Source: Atribacterota bacterium (GTDB taxonomy: Bacteria; Atribacterota; Phoenicimicrobiia; Phoenicimicrobiales; Stramentimicrobiaceae). Taken from it: DNA of 53,411 nt. The stretch lies in assembly GCA_028703475.1 (NCBI GenBank), contig JAQVMU010000003.1, positions 1 to 53,411 of the forward strand. Direction: 5' to 3'. Under the pieces are notes generated by a model. That model ran no database searches. It was given only the letters and a program-made list of their open reading frames with translations, and was not told the DNA's origin. This document shows, piece after piece, positions 28,435 through 37,842 of the stretch. How positions within the stretch are numbered: position 1 is the first letter of the stretch; every line of letters starts with the position of its first letter. The position numbers and the translations under genes were made by a program.

Positions 28435-29262
28435 ATGGAAAATATATTAGCCAGGATTGAAAGCAGCATTAAATCAATACAAGATTATAGTAAAGTAAGA
28501 CCGGAAATTGCAATTATTTTGGGTACCGGATTAGGTAAGCTGGCTGAGGAAATCGAAGAAAAAACGATTATACCTTACAATAAAATAAATAACTTTCCTG
28601 TTTCTACGGTTCATGGGCATAGCGGGAATTTGGTATTAGGTAAATTAGAAGGGAAGAATATAATAGCAATGCAGGGCAGATTCCATTATTATGAAGGATA
28701 CAGCATGCAGGAAATAACTTTTCCTGTCAGGGTTATGAAGAAAATGGGTGCTGGTATCATTATTATTTCAAATGCAGCAGGAGGAATGAACCGCTTTTTT
28801 AAAAGGGGAGACTTAATGCTTATCAATGATCACATAAATCTAATGGGAGACAATCCATTGATAGGTCCAAATGATGATAGTTTAGGACCTCGTTTTCCTG
28901 ATATGTCACGGGCATATGATTCAGGTTTAATTAAACTTGCAGAAGAAGCTGCTATTGAGGAAAAAATATCAATTCAGAAAGGAATTTATGCCGGCTTGAC
29001 TGGACCAATGCTTGAAACACCTGCTGAATACCGGTTTTTAATTAAAATTGGGGCTGATGCTGTAGGAATGTCTACTGTTCCTGAAGTTATAGTTGCAAAT
29101 CATATGGGGATGAGGGTTTTGGGAATATCCTGTATTACTGATTTAGCAATTGATGGTGTTGTAGAGGAAGTCCAGTTTGAAGAGATATTGAACGCAGCTG
29201 CAAAATCTGAACCAAAAATGACCAGGATTGTGAGAAAGGTAATCAGGAATATTGTTAATTAA
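28435..29262 (+). CDS. punA: Purine-nucleoside phosphorylase (trimeric PNP/MTAP family)
   Basis: ILGTGLG, VHGH.G, QGRFHYYEG, DHINL, GP.LETPAE, GADAVGMSTVPE. Confidence 0.9.
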   Translation: MENILARIESSIKSIQDYSKVRPEIAIILGTGLGKLAEEIEEKTIIPYNKINNFPVSTVHGHSGNLVLGKLEGKNIIAMQGRFHYYEGYSMQEITFPVRVMKKMGAGIIIISNAAGGMNRFFKRGDLMLINDHINLMGDNPLIGPNDDSLGPRFPDMSRAYDSGLIKLAEEAAIEEKISIQKGIYAGLTGPMLETPAEYRFLIKIGADAVGMSTVPEVIVANHMGMRVLGISCITDLAIDGVVEEVQFEEILNAAAKSEPKMTRIVRKVIRNIVN

Positions 29263-29710
29263 TCTTTTAAAAATCACCTTGCTTTCAACATTACCGGTGT
29301 TAGAATTACGTGGATCTATACCTATTGCAATATCTTATTATCATTTGCCGGTTTTAGAAAGTTATATTTTTGCGGTTTTTGGAAACTTAATACCCGCAGT
29401 ATTTTTGCTTCTTTACCTGAAACCGTTTTCAGATTTTTTAAGAAAATGTCCTATATTTGATATATTTTTTTCATGGTTATTCAAAAGAACCAGAAGGCAT
29501 GAAAAAAAATATGAGAAGTATGGAGCGCTGTTTTTATTATTTTTTGTTGCTATACCTTTGCCTGTAACTGGTGCATGGACTGGTTCAGTTGCTGCTTTTT
29601 TATTTGGAATACGTTTTTGGTATGCCTTCCCGATGATAGCGGGAGGTGTTATGATTGCCGGAATTATTGTTACTTTTGCTAATCTGGGAATTATTAATTT
29701 ATTTTTATGA
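29252..29710 (+). CDS. Small multi-drug export-like membrane protein (COG2426 family)
   Basis: LPVLELRGSIP, GNLIP, FVAIPLPVTGAWTG motifs. Confidence 0.8.
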   Translation: MLINLLKITLLSTLPVLELRGSIPIAISYYHLPVLESYIFAVFGNLIPAVFLLLYLKPFSDFLRKCPIFDIFFSWLFKRTRRHEKKYEKYGALFLLFFVAIPLPVTGAWTGSVAAFLFGIRFWYAFPMIAGGVMIAGIIVTFANLGIINLFL

Positions 29711-29790
29711 GAGAAAAATACAGAGGTTACTGATATTTAATAATTATTAATTGAAAAAATAATTATTCAGGAAATAAATGGTGTTATGAG

Positions 29791-30843
29791 ATGATAAAGA
29801 CAATAGAGTGGAGAGAAGATAAAGTATTCATGATTGACCAGAGAAAACTCCCCGATGATTTGGAGATAATAAGTTGTTCAAATCATTATGAGGTGGCTGA
29901 TGCTATAAAGGATATGGCAATTAGAGGTGCTCCTGCAATTGGAGCTGCAGCTGCATATGGAATGGCTCTCGCTGCTAAAAATTATGAAACTGATGATATT
30001 TCAAAGTTTATCAACTATTTAGAAAAAGCAAGGGATTTGCTGGCTGCAACCAGGCCTACAGCAGTTAATCTATTTTGGGCTTTGGGAAAAATATGGGAAT
30101 TGACTATAAATAGTGATATTACGGTGAAAGAATTACGTGATAAAATCATATCAAAGGCCAAAGAAATTGCCGAAACAGATATTCAAACCAATTATAAAAT
30201 TGGAGAGAATGGAGTACAGTTATTCGATGACGGAGATATTATATTGACCCATTGTAATGCTGGTTCTCTGGCAACAGTATTTTATGGAACCGCTCTGGGA
30301 GTAATCAGATCAGTATACAGGCAGAAAAGGAATATTAAAGTCTTTGTTGATGAAACCAGACCCGTGTTACAGGGAGCAAGATTAACGGCATGGGAATTAT
30401 TGGAAGAGAAAATACCCGCAACTCTTATTTGTGATTCTGTTGCTGGTTTTTTAATGTCCCGGGGGGAAATAAGCAAAGTGATAGTTGGGGCTGATCGAAT
30501 CGGAGCCAATGGTGATGTTGCAAATAAGATTGGCACATACAGCATTTCTGTGTTGGCGAAGGAGCACAACATACCTTTTTATGTTGCGGCACCTTTTACG
30601 ACTATTGATTTTGAAATTAACAATGGAAATGAAATTAAAATCGAAGAACGTAGAGAATCCGAAGTAACAACAATAATGGGAAGGCGAATTGCTCCGATTG
30701 GTATTGATGTATACAATCCTGCTTTTGATGTTACACCAAATAAAAATATATCTGCAATAATTACAGAAAAGGGAATTGTAAAACCCCCTTTTTTTAATAA
30801 TCTAAAAAGATTAATAAAATTAAATAAATGCAAAAAAAATTGA
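29791..30843 (+). CDS. mtnA: Methylthioribose-1-phosphate isomerase
   Basis: DQRKLP, IRGAPAIG, TRPTAVNL, THCNAGSLAT, ETRP.LQGARLTAWEL, NKIGTY, NPAFDVTP. Confidence 0.95.
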   Translation: MIKTIEWREDKVFMIDQRKLPDDLEIISCSNHYEVADAIKDMAIRGAPAIGAAAAYGMALAAKNYETDDISKFINYLEKARDLLAATRPTAVNLFWALGKIWELTINSDITVKELRDKIISKAKEIAETDIQTNYKIGENGVQLFDDGDIILTHCNAGSLATVFYGTALGVIRSVYRQKRNIKVFVDETRPVLQGARLTAWELLEEKIPATLICDSVAGFLMSRGEISKVIVGADRIGANGDVANKIGTYSISVLAKEHNIPFYVAAPFTTIDFEINNGNEIKIEERRESEVTTIMGRRIAPIGIDVYNPAFDVTPNKNISAIITEKGIVKPPFFNNLKRLIKLNKCKKN

Positions 30844-30852
30844 GGTGGAAAA

Positions 30853-32112
30853 ATGCAAAATCCGGATAAATTTTATATTGCCGGTGGTAAACAGCTTAAT
30901 GGAACTGTTGTTATTGACGGTGCAAAAAATTCTGCTTTATCAATCATGGCTGCTTCTCTTCTGTCAAGAGAGGTAAGTATCTTAGAAAATGTTCCTAGAC
31001 TAAAGGATGTTTACAGCATGATTGAGGTAATTAAGATTCTGGGAGTAAAAGTAGAATGGATTGATGATAATACACTCTCGATAGACCCGGATGATTTTAA
31101 TAATTATGAAGCACCATATGAACTGGTAAAAACTATGAGAGCTTCCTTTTTGGTAATGGGGCCACTGTTAGCCAGGTTGAAAAAGGCAAAAATATCTTTG
31201 CCAGGCGGATGTGCCATTGGTGCCAGACCCGTTGATTTTCATTTAAAAGGATTTCGAGCCATGGGAGCTGATATTGTTACAGAGAAAGGATATATCAGGG
31301 CTGAGGTAAACAAATTAACCGGTGATGATATCTATTTAGATTTCCCAAGCCTGGGGGCTACCGAGAATATAATGATGGCAGCTTCTTTAGCAGAGGGCAC
31401 TACGACAATAGAGAATGCCGCTAAAGATCCTGAAGTAATTGAGCTGGGTAATTTTTTAAATGAAATGGGAGCAAAAATAGATGGATTAGGGAATGATATA
31501 ATAATTGTCGAAGGTGTTAAAAAATTGAGGGGTGTAAAATATAAAATTATTCCGGATAGAATAGAAGGTGGAACTTACATGGTTGCTGCTGCTATTACCG
31601 GAGGTAATGTGGAAATTAAGAATGTTAATCCTTACTATTTAAAATCATGTACGGTGAAATTAGAAGAGGCAGGATTAGATGTTCAAGTAAAAAAGGATAG
31701 CATTTTTGTTTCCTGTCCGGATGGAATTAAATCAGTTGACATTAAAACTATGCCTTTTCCTGGTTTTCCTACAGATATGCAGGCACAGTTTATGGCTTTA
31801 ATGACTATTGCTAATGGAACAAGTGTTATCACAGAGAATGTTTTTGAAAGCCGGTTTGCTCATGCAGGTGATTTAAGAAGAATGGGGGCTGATATTAAGA
31901 TTGAAGGAAGAAACAGTATTGTAAAAGGTGTTAAAAAACTTAGCGCTGCCCCGGTAATGGCTTCTGACTTAAGAGGTGGGGCTGCATTGGTACTTGCAGC
32001 ATTAGTTGCAGAAGGAATAACTGAGATAAGCAGGATATATCATATCGATAGAGGATATGTTAAATTAGAAGAAAAGTTAAAGGCACTGGGTGCTAATATA
32101 AAAAGGGACTAA
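30853..32112 (+). CDS. murA: UDP-N-acetylglucosamine 1-carboxyvinyltransferase
   Basis: GAKNSAL, MRASF, PGGCAIGARP (active-site Cys), PDRIEGGT, PGFPTDMQ, DLRGGAAL, HIDRGY. Confidence 0.97.
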   Translation: MQNPDKFYIAGGKQLNGTVVIDGAKNSALSIMAASLLSREVSILENVPRLKDVYSMIEVIKILGVKVEWIDDNTLSIDPDDFNNYEAPYELVKTMRASFLVMGPLLARLKKAKISLPGGCAIGARPVDFHLKGFRAMGADIVTEKGYIRAEVNKLTGDDIYLDFPSLGATENIMMAASLAEGTTTIENAAKDPEVIELGNFLNEMGAKIDGLGNDIIIVEGVKKLRGVKYKIIPDRIEGGTYMVAAAITGGNVEIKNVNPYYLKSCTVKLEEAGLDVQVKKDSIFVSCPDGIKSVDIKTMPFPGFPTDMQAQFMALMTIANGTSVITENVFESRFAHAGDLRRMGADIKIEGRNSIVKGVKKLSAAPVMASDLRGGAALVLAALVAEGITEISRIYHIDRGYVKLEEKLKALGANIKRD

Positions 32113-32229
32113 GAAATTGCCATTAAAATTTAACTTGTATGATACAATATTAAATAATTTGTATTTTATTTTAAAAATCAATAATTTTAAGAATAAGTTA
32201 TTAGCGTTTTTGGGGAGGTAGCTTAAAAT

Positions 32230-33249
32230 ATGCTTGGAATAGATAAAAGTTTAGGAATAGATTTAGGAACTGTAAGTGTATTAATATTCCAAAAAGGTGC
32301 AGGTATAGTATTACAGGAACCATCTGTTGTTTCCATTTATAAAGATACGGGAAAAGTATTCGCAGTTGGAAAAGAAGCCAAAGAAATGTTAGGAAAAACT
32401 CCTGGAAATATTGTTGCCATTGAACCGATGAAGGCAGGAGTTATAGCTGATTATGATGTAACAGAAAAAATGCTTACCTATTTTATCAAGAAAGTGTCAT
32501 CAAATTCAAGACTATTCAGGCCACAGGTAGTTATCTGTGTTCCTGCCGGGGGGACAGAAGTTGAAAAAAGAGCGGCCCTGGAGGCTGCGGTTGCGGCGGG
32601 AGCAAAAAAAGCATACCTGGTTGAGGAATCAATTGCAGCTGCTATCGGCGCAGGTCTTGATATCAGTGAACCTTATGGTAATATGGTCGTTGATGTGGGG
32701 GGAGGTACTACTGATATCGCAGTTATTTCCCTTGGAGGAATTGTCGAGAGCGAATCTCTAAGAGTTGCTGGAAATACTTTTGATGAGAATATTGTGAAAT
32801 ATATTAAGAGCAAGTACAATCTTATGATTGGCGAAAAAACTGCCGAAAATCTGAAGGTCGAGATAGGTTCCGCTATGGAGCAGGAACAGGAGACGTATGC
32901 AGAGATAAGAGGAAGAGACCTGGTGTCGGGACTGCCAAAAAGTATTGAAGTGGGGTCTTCAGAGGTATTGGAGGCTATATCCAAAACTTTGGAATCAATA
33001 TTAGATGGAATTAAGCTGGTTTTAGAAAGAACTCCTCCAGAATTAGCTGCTGATATTGCTGACAAAGGCATGGTGCTAACTGGTGGAGGAGCACTTTTAA
33101 GAAATTTTGATGTTTTGTTAACAAAGGTAAATAAGATTCCTGCTTATGTCGCTGAAAATCCAATTTCATGTGTAGCATTAGGAGCCGGTAAAGTGCTGGA
33201 TAAGATTCACCTGTTAAAACAGGGTTTAATCAGTAGTACACAACGGTAA
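32230..33249 (+). CDS. mreB: Rod shape-determining actin-like ATPase MreB/Mbl
   Basis: GIDLGT, EPSVV, PMKAGVIAD, EESIAAAIGAG, DVGGGTTD, LTGGGALL. Confidence 0.95.
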   Translation: MLGIDKSLGIDLGTVSVLIFQKGAGIVLQEPSVVSIYKDTGKVFAVGKEAKEMLGKTPGNIVAIEPMKAGVIADYDVTEKMLTYFIKKVSSNSRLFRPQVVICVPAGGTEVEKRAALEAAVAAGAKKAYLVEESIAAAIGAGLDISEPYGNMVVDVGGGTTDIAVISLGGIVESESLRVAGNTFDENIVKYIKSKYNLMIGEKTAENLKVEIGSAMEQEQETYAEIRGRDLVSGLPKSIEVGSSEVLEAISKTLESILDGIKLVLERTPPELAADIADKGMVLTGGGALLRNFDVLLTKVNKIPAYVAENPISCVALGAGKVLDKIHLLKQGLISSTQR

Positions 33250-33290
33250 AAAATAAAGTAATGGGGAGTATATAAAATTTTATTTTTTGT

Positions 33291-35162
33291 ATGTTAAAAA
33301 AAGTGATTAGTGATAAGAAAAACAAATTTAAAAAAATAATTACACTGATTTTATTATTGAATATCTTATTTTTTTTCCAGTTGGCCATTAATGCCCAGGT
33401 ACAGGGAGGCTTTATTCATATAAATGAGATATCGCCTGGAATCAAAGGTATTGGGAAAACTGTATTTTCCGGAACAGAAATTGAAGAATTTGATATCCAG
33501 GTAATTGATATAATTTCCGGAACCGGGATTGATGACAGTTATATTTTAGTTAAATTAAATGGTGAAAAAATAGAAGAGAATGGCGGCATCTCTGCAGGAA
33601 TGAGCGGTACTCCGGTTTATTTTGATGGAAAGTTAGCTGGAGCAATTTCCCATGCATGGGAAATGAGTGAGCATAATTTATGCCTTGTAACACCAATAAA
33701 TAGAATGCTTAAATTATTCGATTACAATAAACAGGATACTGATAATGAATTACTCTACAAACAAACAATGCAACCAGTGCCTGTATCCTTAGATAGTGAT
33801 TTAAAAAATAGAATAGTCAAAAATATATCAAAAAAAGAAGAAATTACCAGTATTTTTGAATTAGCTGATAATAGTGGAAGTGTTCTTAATTTTGAATATA
33901 TCAATACTCCAATATTCATAAGTGGTTTTAGCGGACGTTCAATAGAAATAATTCAAAACAGTCTTGGTAATGCAGAAGGCTCTGTTGTTAAAAATATATC
34001 AGGAACAAGCAATATTGGCATCGAGCTGGAAATGAACTCAGAATTGAATACCCTTGAACCTGGTTCAGCTGTCGGAGTGCAGCTATCTACAGGTGATGCG
34101 AGTGTTCTTACTATAGGAACATCTACATATTGTACAGATAATTTAGTTTTAGCATTTGGTCACCCTTTTTTGCATCAGGGTAATGTTTCATATTTATTTT
34201 CTGCTGTTTATATTTACCACAGTTTTCCCAGTATATTAATGCCTTTTAAAATGGGAACCCCTTATAAGTTATTAGGTGAAGTAGTGCAAGACAGAAATGC
34301 AGGTATCCTGGCAAGGTTAAATCATTTTCCAAAGGTAGTATCCTGTAAAATCAATATTTATGACTTAGATAAAGCAAAAAATATCCAGAGTGGTACAAAA
34401 ATTGTTCCACAGAATAGTATTATACAAAGTGTGACTAATGCGCTACTTGTGCAAACAATAGACCATGCTATTGATAGAATTGGATTGGGAACGGCAAATG
34501 TTCACATTGAATTGAAACCTTCTTACGGAGAAGATACGTTTTTATATGATAATATGTTTTTCAGTAAAGAGGACATTGCTGTGCAATGTGGTCGCGATTT
34601 TGAGGAAATATTTGATTTAATGATTAATAATTATGGTGAACAGATTGATTTAAATGAAATAAAACTTGATGTCACTGTATCTGAAGATAATAAAAATGCA
34701 ATAATAAAGGAGATTGAGACTGACAAAGAAGAGTATTATCCCGGTGATATTATAATTGCAAAGGCTGTTATTCAACCATTCAGGCAACCTGTAGAAGAAA
34801 AAGTATTCAGTATAGAAATACCGGAAGATATTACAGTAGGGGAAGTAATTTTGCTGGTTAACGGGGGTTCATCCATAGAGCCGCTTAATAAAGAAGTCCT
34901 CTCATATAATGAAGAGAAATATTTAATAGATGGTTGGGATGAAATAAAAAAGTTTTATCAGGAAAAAGTTAAGAATAATCAAATTGTAGCTGAATTAGTT
35001 GGGGTAAATGTTTTTGAAAGCACTTCTCCTGATGGAATAGAAAATATAGAAGGCAATGATGATATTAAAAAGGTTATAGACACCAATTTTGTTATAGAAG
35101 GAAGACATGAAATGTATTTAAGTATCAAAGAAAATAAGAGCAAGGATAGGAATAATGAGTAA
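33291..35162 (+). CDS. Exported SpoIVB-like peptidase S55 domain protein
   Basis: Signal peptide; GIGKTVFSG, GISAGMSGTPVY.DGKLAGA, AFGHPF. Confidence 0.8.
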   Translation: MLKKVISDKKNKFKKIITLILLLNILFFFQLAINAQVQGGFIHINEISPGIKGIGKTVFSGTEIEEFDIQVIDIISGTGIDDSYILVKLNGEKIEENGGISAGMSGTPVYFDGKLAGAISHAWEMSEHNLCLVTPINRMLKLFDYNKQDTDNELLYKQTMQPVPVSLDSDLKNRIVKNISKKEEITSIFELADNSGSVLNFEYINTPIFISGFSGRSIEIIQNSLGNAEGSVVKNISGTSNIGIELEMNSELNTLEPGSAVGVQLSTGDASVLTIGTSTYCTDNLVLAFGHPFLHQGNVSYLFSAVYIYHSFPSILMPFKMGTPYKLLGEVVQDRNAGILARLNHFPKVVSCKINIYDLDKAKNIQSGTKIVPQNSIIQSVTNALLVQTIDHAIDRIGLGTANVHIELKPSYGEDTFLYDNMFFSKEDIAVQCGRDFEEIFDLMINNYGEQIDLNEIKLDVTVSEDNKNAIIKEIETDKEEYYPGDIIIAKAVIQPFRQPVEEKVFSIEIPEDITVGEVILLVNGGSSIEPLNKEVLSYNEEKYLIDGWDEIKKFYQEKVKNNQIVAELVGVNVFESTSPDGIENIEGNDDIKKVIDTNFVIEGRHEMYLSIKENKSKDRNNE

Positions 35163-35856
35163 TATTGCGATTATCGCTGCTGCTGGAAATGGAGAAAGAC
35201 TTGATTCCTGTGACAGTAAGATGTTGGTAAATATAGCAGGAAAACCGCTACTTGTACATACTTTAAATGTATTTGAGAAATCTGAAAAAATAGATGAAAT
35301 TGTATTGGTTGTTCATAAGAAAGATTTAAAAAAAATAGAGAAGGAAGTAATAGAAAAAAATAAATATCAGAAATTAAGTAAAATTGTATTAGGTGGATTT
35401 ACCAGGCAAGAATCCGTATATAAAGGATTACAAGCTATAAAAGAAAATAACGGGCGAGTATGTATTCATGATGGTGCCAGGCCTTTAATTGAAGAATGGA
35501 TGATAGAGAGAACTATAGAGGAAGTTGATACCCATGAAGGGGCAATTATGGCTGTACCGGTTATTGAAACAATAAAAAAAGTTATAATAGAGGAAATGCT
35601 GGTTAAGGAGACAGTTAACCGGGAAGAATACTGGATAGTTCAGACACCCCAGGCTTTTAATATAAAATATGCCAAAAACATTTATAAAAGGGCTATAGAG
35701 GAAGAATTGTCAGTCACAGATGATGCATCAATTGCAGAACATTATGGTGGAAAAGTAAAAATTATCCCGGGTTCTAGAGAAAATATAAAGATTACTACAT
35801 CCATTGATATTTTATTAGCAGAAATATTAATAAAAAAGAGATTAAATAATATATAA
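35155..35856 (+). CDS. ispD: 2-C-methyl-D-erythritol 4-phosphate cytidylyltransferase
   Basis: AAAG.G.R, GG.TRQESV, IHDGARP, QTPQAF, TDDAS, NIKITT..D. Confidence 0.95.
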   Translation: MSNIAIIAAAGNGERLDSCDSKMLVNIAGKPLLVHTLNVFEKSEKIDEIVLVVHKKDLKKIEKEVIEKNKYQKLSKIVLGGFTRQESVYKGLQAIKENNGRVCIHDGARPLIEEWMIERTIEEVDTHEGAIMAVPVIETIKKVIIEEMLVKETVNREEYWIVQTPQAFNIKYAKNIYKRAIEEELSVTDDASIAEHYGGKVKIIPGSRENIKITTSIDILLAEILIKKRLNNI

Positions 35857-35857
35857 A

Positions 35858-36760
35858 ATGATTAGACTGAAAAGTTATGCTAAGATAAATCTGTATCTTG
35901 ATATAAAAGAAAAAATGGAAAATGGTTACCATTGTATTGAAACATTATTCCAAACGATTAATATCTATGATGAGATTATAATAAGAAAAATAAATAAGCC
36001 AATTTATCAGATTAAATGTGATAATCCTATAGTGCCTGTTGGAAGAGAGAGCATAGTCTATCAAGCAGTAGATTGCTTAATGAGAGATAAAGATTATGGA
36101 GTTGAAATAAGGATAAGAAAAAATATTCCTGTTGCAGCAGGATTAGGGGGAGGCTCTTCAAATGTTGCATCAATTTTAGCAGGAATATGCAAATTATTCC
36201 AATTAGATGTGAAACCCACCAGGTTAATTAACATTGCACTCAGTTTAGGAATGGATATTCCTTTTTTTTTAAAAAGGGGTACTGTTTATGCTACCGGAAG
36301 AGGAGAATTGCTGTATCCTATTTTAACAGCAGGAAACCCACTTCATGTCTTATTGGTTAACCCGGGAATTAAGGTCTCGACAAAATGGGCTTATGATGAA
36401 TTCGATAAGGAAATAAAAGGCAATTTTAAAGAAACAAAGATAACTTTTAACCATTATATGAATAATTATATAAATAAAAGAAAACCTCTTTATCTTAATG
36501 AATTTGGAAAACATATATATAACAGATTTGACTCTATTATTAGCAGAAAATTTCCGGTTATCAGTGAAATAAAAGAGAAGATAATTGAGCTGGGTGCAGT
36601 ATCTACAACAATGTCCGGGAGCGGACCAACTGTATTCGGGATTATGGAAAATAGTCGCCAGGCAAAGTTGGCATGCAGAGAATTGAAGAACAAATACCCA
36701 TATGTCTGCACCGCTAAGACTGTTAAAGCTAAAAATATATTTTTAAAAAATAGTTTTTAA
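35858..36760 (+). CDS. ispE: 4-diphosphocytidyl-2-C-methyl-D-erythritol kinase
   Basis: AKINLYL, IPVAAGLGGGSSN, G.DIPFF, MSGSGPTVFG. Confidence 0.93.
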   Translation: MIRLKSYAKINLYLDIKEKMENGYHCIETLFQTINIYDEIIIRKINKPIYQIKCDNPIVPVGRESIVYQAVDCLMRDKDYGVEIRIRKNIPVAAGLGGGSSNVASILAGICKLFQLDVKPTRLINIALSLGMDIPFFLKRGTVYATGRGELLYPILTAGNPLHVLLVNPGIKVSTKWAYDEFDKEIKGNFKETKITFNHYMNNYINKRKPLYLNEFGKHIYNRFDSIISRKFPVISEIKEKIIELGAVSTTMSGSGPTVFGIMENSRQAKLACRELKNKYPYVCTAKTVKAKNIFLKNSF

Positions 36761-36778
36761 AATGGAAAAAGGTAATAA

Positions 36779-37267
36779 ATGAGAGTAGGATTTGGATATG
36801 ATATCCATCGGTTAAAAACAGGAAATAAACTAATATTAGGCGGAGTGGAAATAGAACACATAAAAGGTTTGGAAGGCCACTCTGATGCAGATGTACTAAT
36901 ACACTCTGTTGCGGATGCTTTATTAGGTGCAGCTGGTTTGGAAGATATTGGTGTACATTTTCCTGATAGTGATAATTCTTTAAAAGGTATTTCCAGTTTA
37001 AAAATATTAAAAAAGGTACAGGAAATGCTGGATTTAAAAAAGTATGCAATCGTGAATATTGATGTGGCTGTTGTAATGGAAAAACCAAAACTATCTCCTT
37101 ATTATAAAAGAATAAAAGAAAATATTTCAAAAGTGTTAAGATTGCCTGAAGATAAAATAAATATTAAAGCCTCAACCAATGAGGGACTGGGATTTATTGG
37201 AAAAGAAGAAGGAATTGCAGCTTTTTGTGTAACTTCATTGAAAAAAAAAGATAAAATCTTCAAATAA
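36779..37267 (+). CDS. ispF: 2-C-methyl-D-erythritol 2,4-cyclodiphosphate synthase
   Basis: RVGFGYDIH, GHSDADV..H, DIG.HFP, KA.TNEGLGF.G. Confidence 0.96.
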   Translation: MRVGFGYDIHRLKTGNKLILGGVEIEHIKGLEGHSDADVLIHSVADALLGAAGLEDIGVHFPDSDNSLKGISSLKILKKVQEMLDLKKYAIVNIDVAVVMEKPKLSPYYKRIKENISKVLRLPEDKINIKASTNEGLGFIGKEEGIAAFCVTSLKKKDKIFK

Positions 37268-37428
37268 TCATTTATTTTATTGTATAATAAATTATGTTTT
37301 TGTGTTTGAATATTGTTTAAAAAACAGGTTTTAATAAAAAGTTTTTGATAATATTTTAAATTTTAACATTAAAAAAAATATTAAATAAAAAATATAAAAA
37401 ATATCCAAATATCGGAAGGAGTTTACAG

Positions 37429-37794
37429 ATGGAAAATAAAGACCAGGAAGTTAAGGAAAATAACCTTGAAAGTAATGATGAAAATCAAAAATTATATCCA
37501 CACCAATTACCATTATCAACATTGTTTGCCTGGTTTATCAGCATATTAAATGGCAAGTCATGGGAATACCTGGGCTTAATGATGAATCCGGAAACAAAAG
37601 AAGTAAACCAGGATTTGGACAAAGCCAAAATTACTATTGACAGTATTGAATTTTTGTTAAGTAAGATAAAAAATGAGCTTGGAAAAGATGAAAAAATACA
37701 GTTAGAAGATCTATTAGCAAACCTTCAGATGAATTATGTTGAAAAAAGAAGAGAAGAAAAAGAAAAAGTAGAAAAGAAGGTTAATGAAAAATAG
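37429..37794 (+). CDS. DUF1844-family protein
   Basis: LG...NP.T......DL..AK..ID.....L..K motif and L..L...LQMNYV motif. Confidence 0.75.
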   Translation: MENKDQEVKENNLESNDENQKLYPHQLPLSTLFAWFISILNGKSWEYLGLMMNPETKEVNQDLDKAKITIDSIEFLLSKIKNELGKDEKIQLEDLLANLQMNYVEKRREEKEKVEKKVNEK

Positions 37795-37842
37795 TATTAA
37801 GCCGGATGGTGTAATCATAAATATCCAGGAAGAGGTGAATAG

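Noticed and set aside
37800-37830. tRNA-like start (GCCGGATGGTGTAA)
   Set aside because: No anticodon arm, T-loop (GTTCRA) or acceptor-stem complement follows; the gap is only 48 bp.
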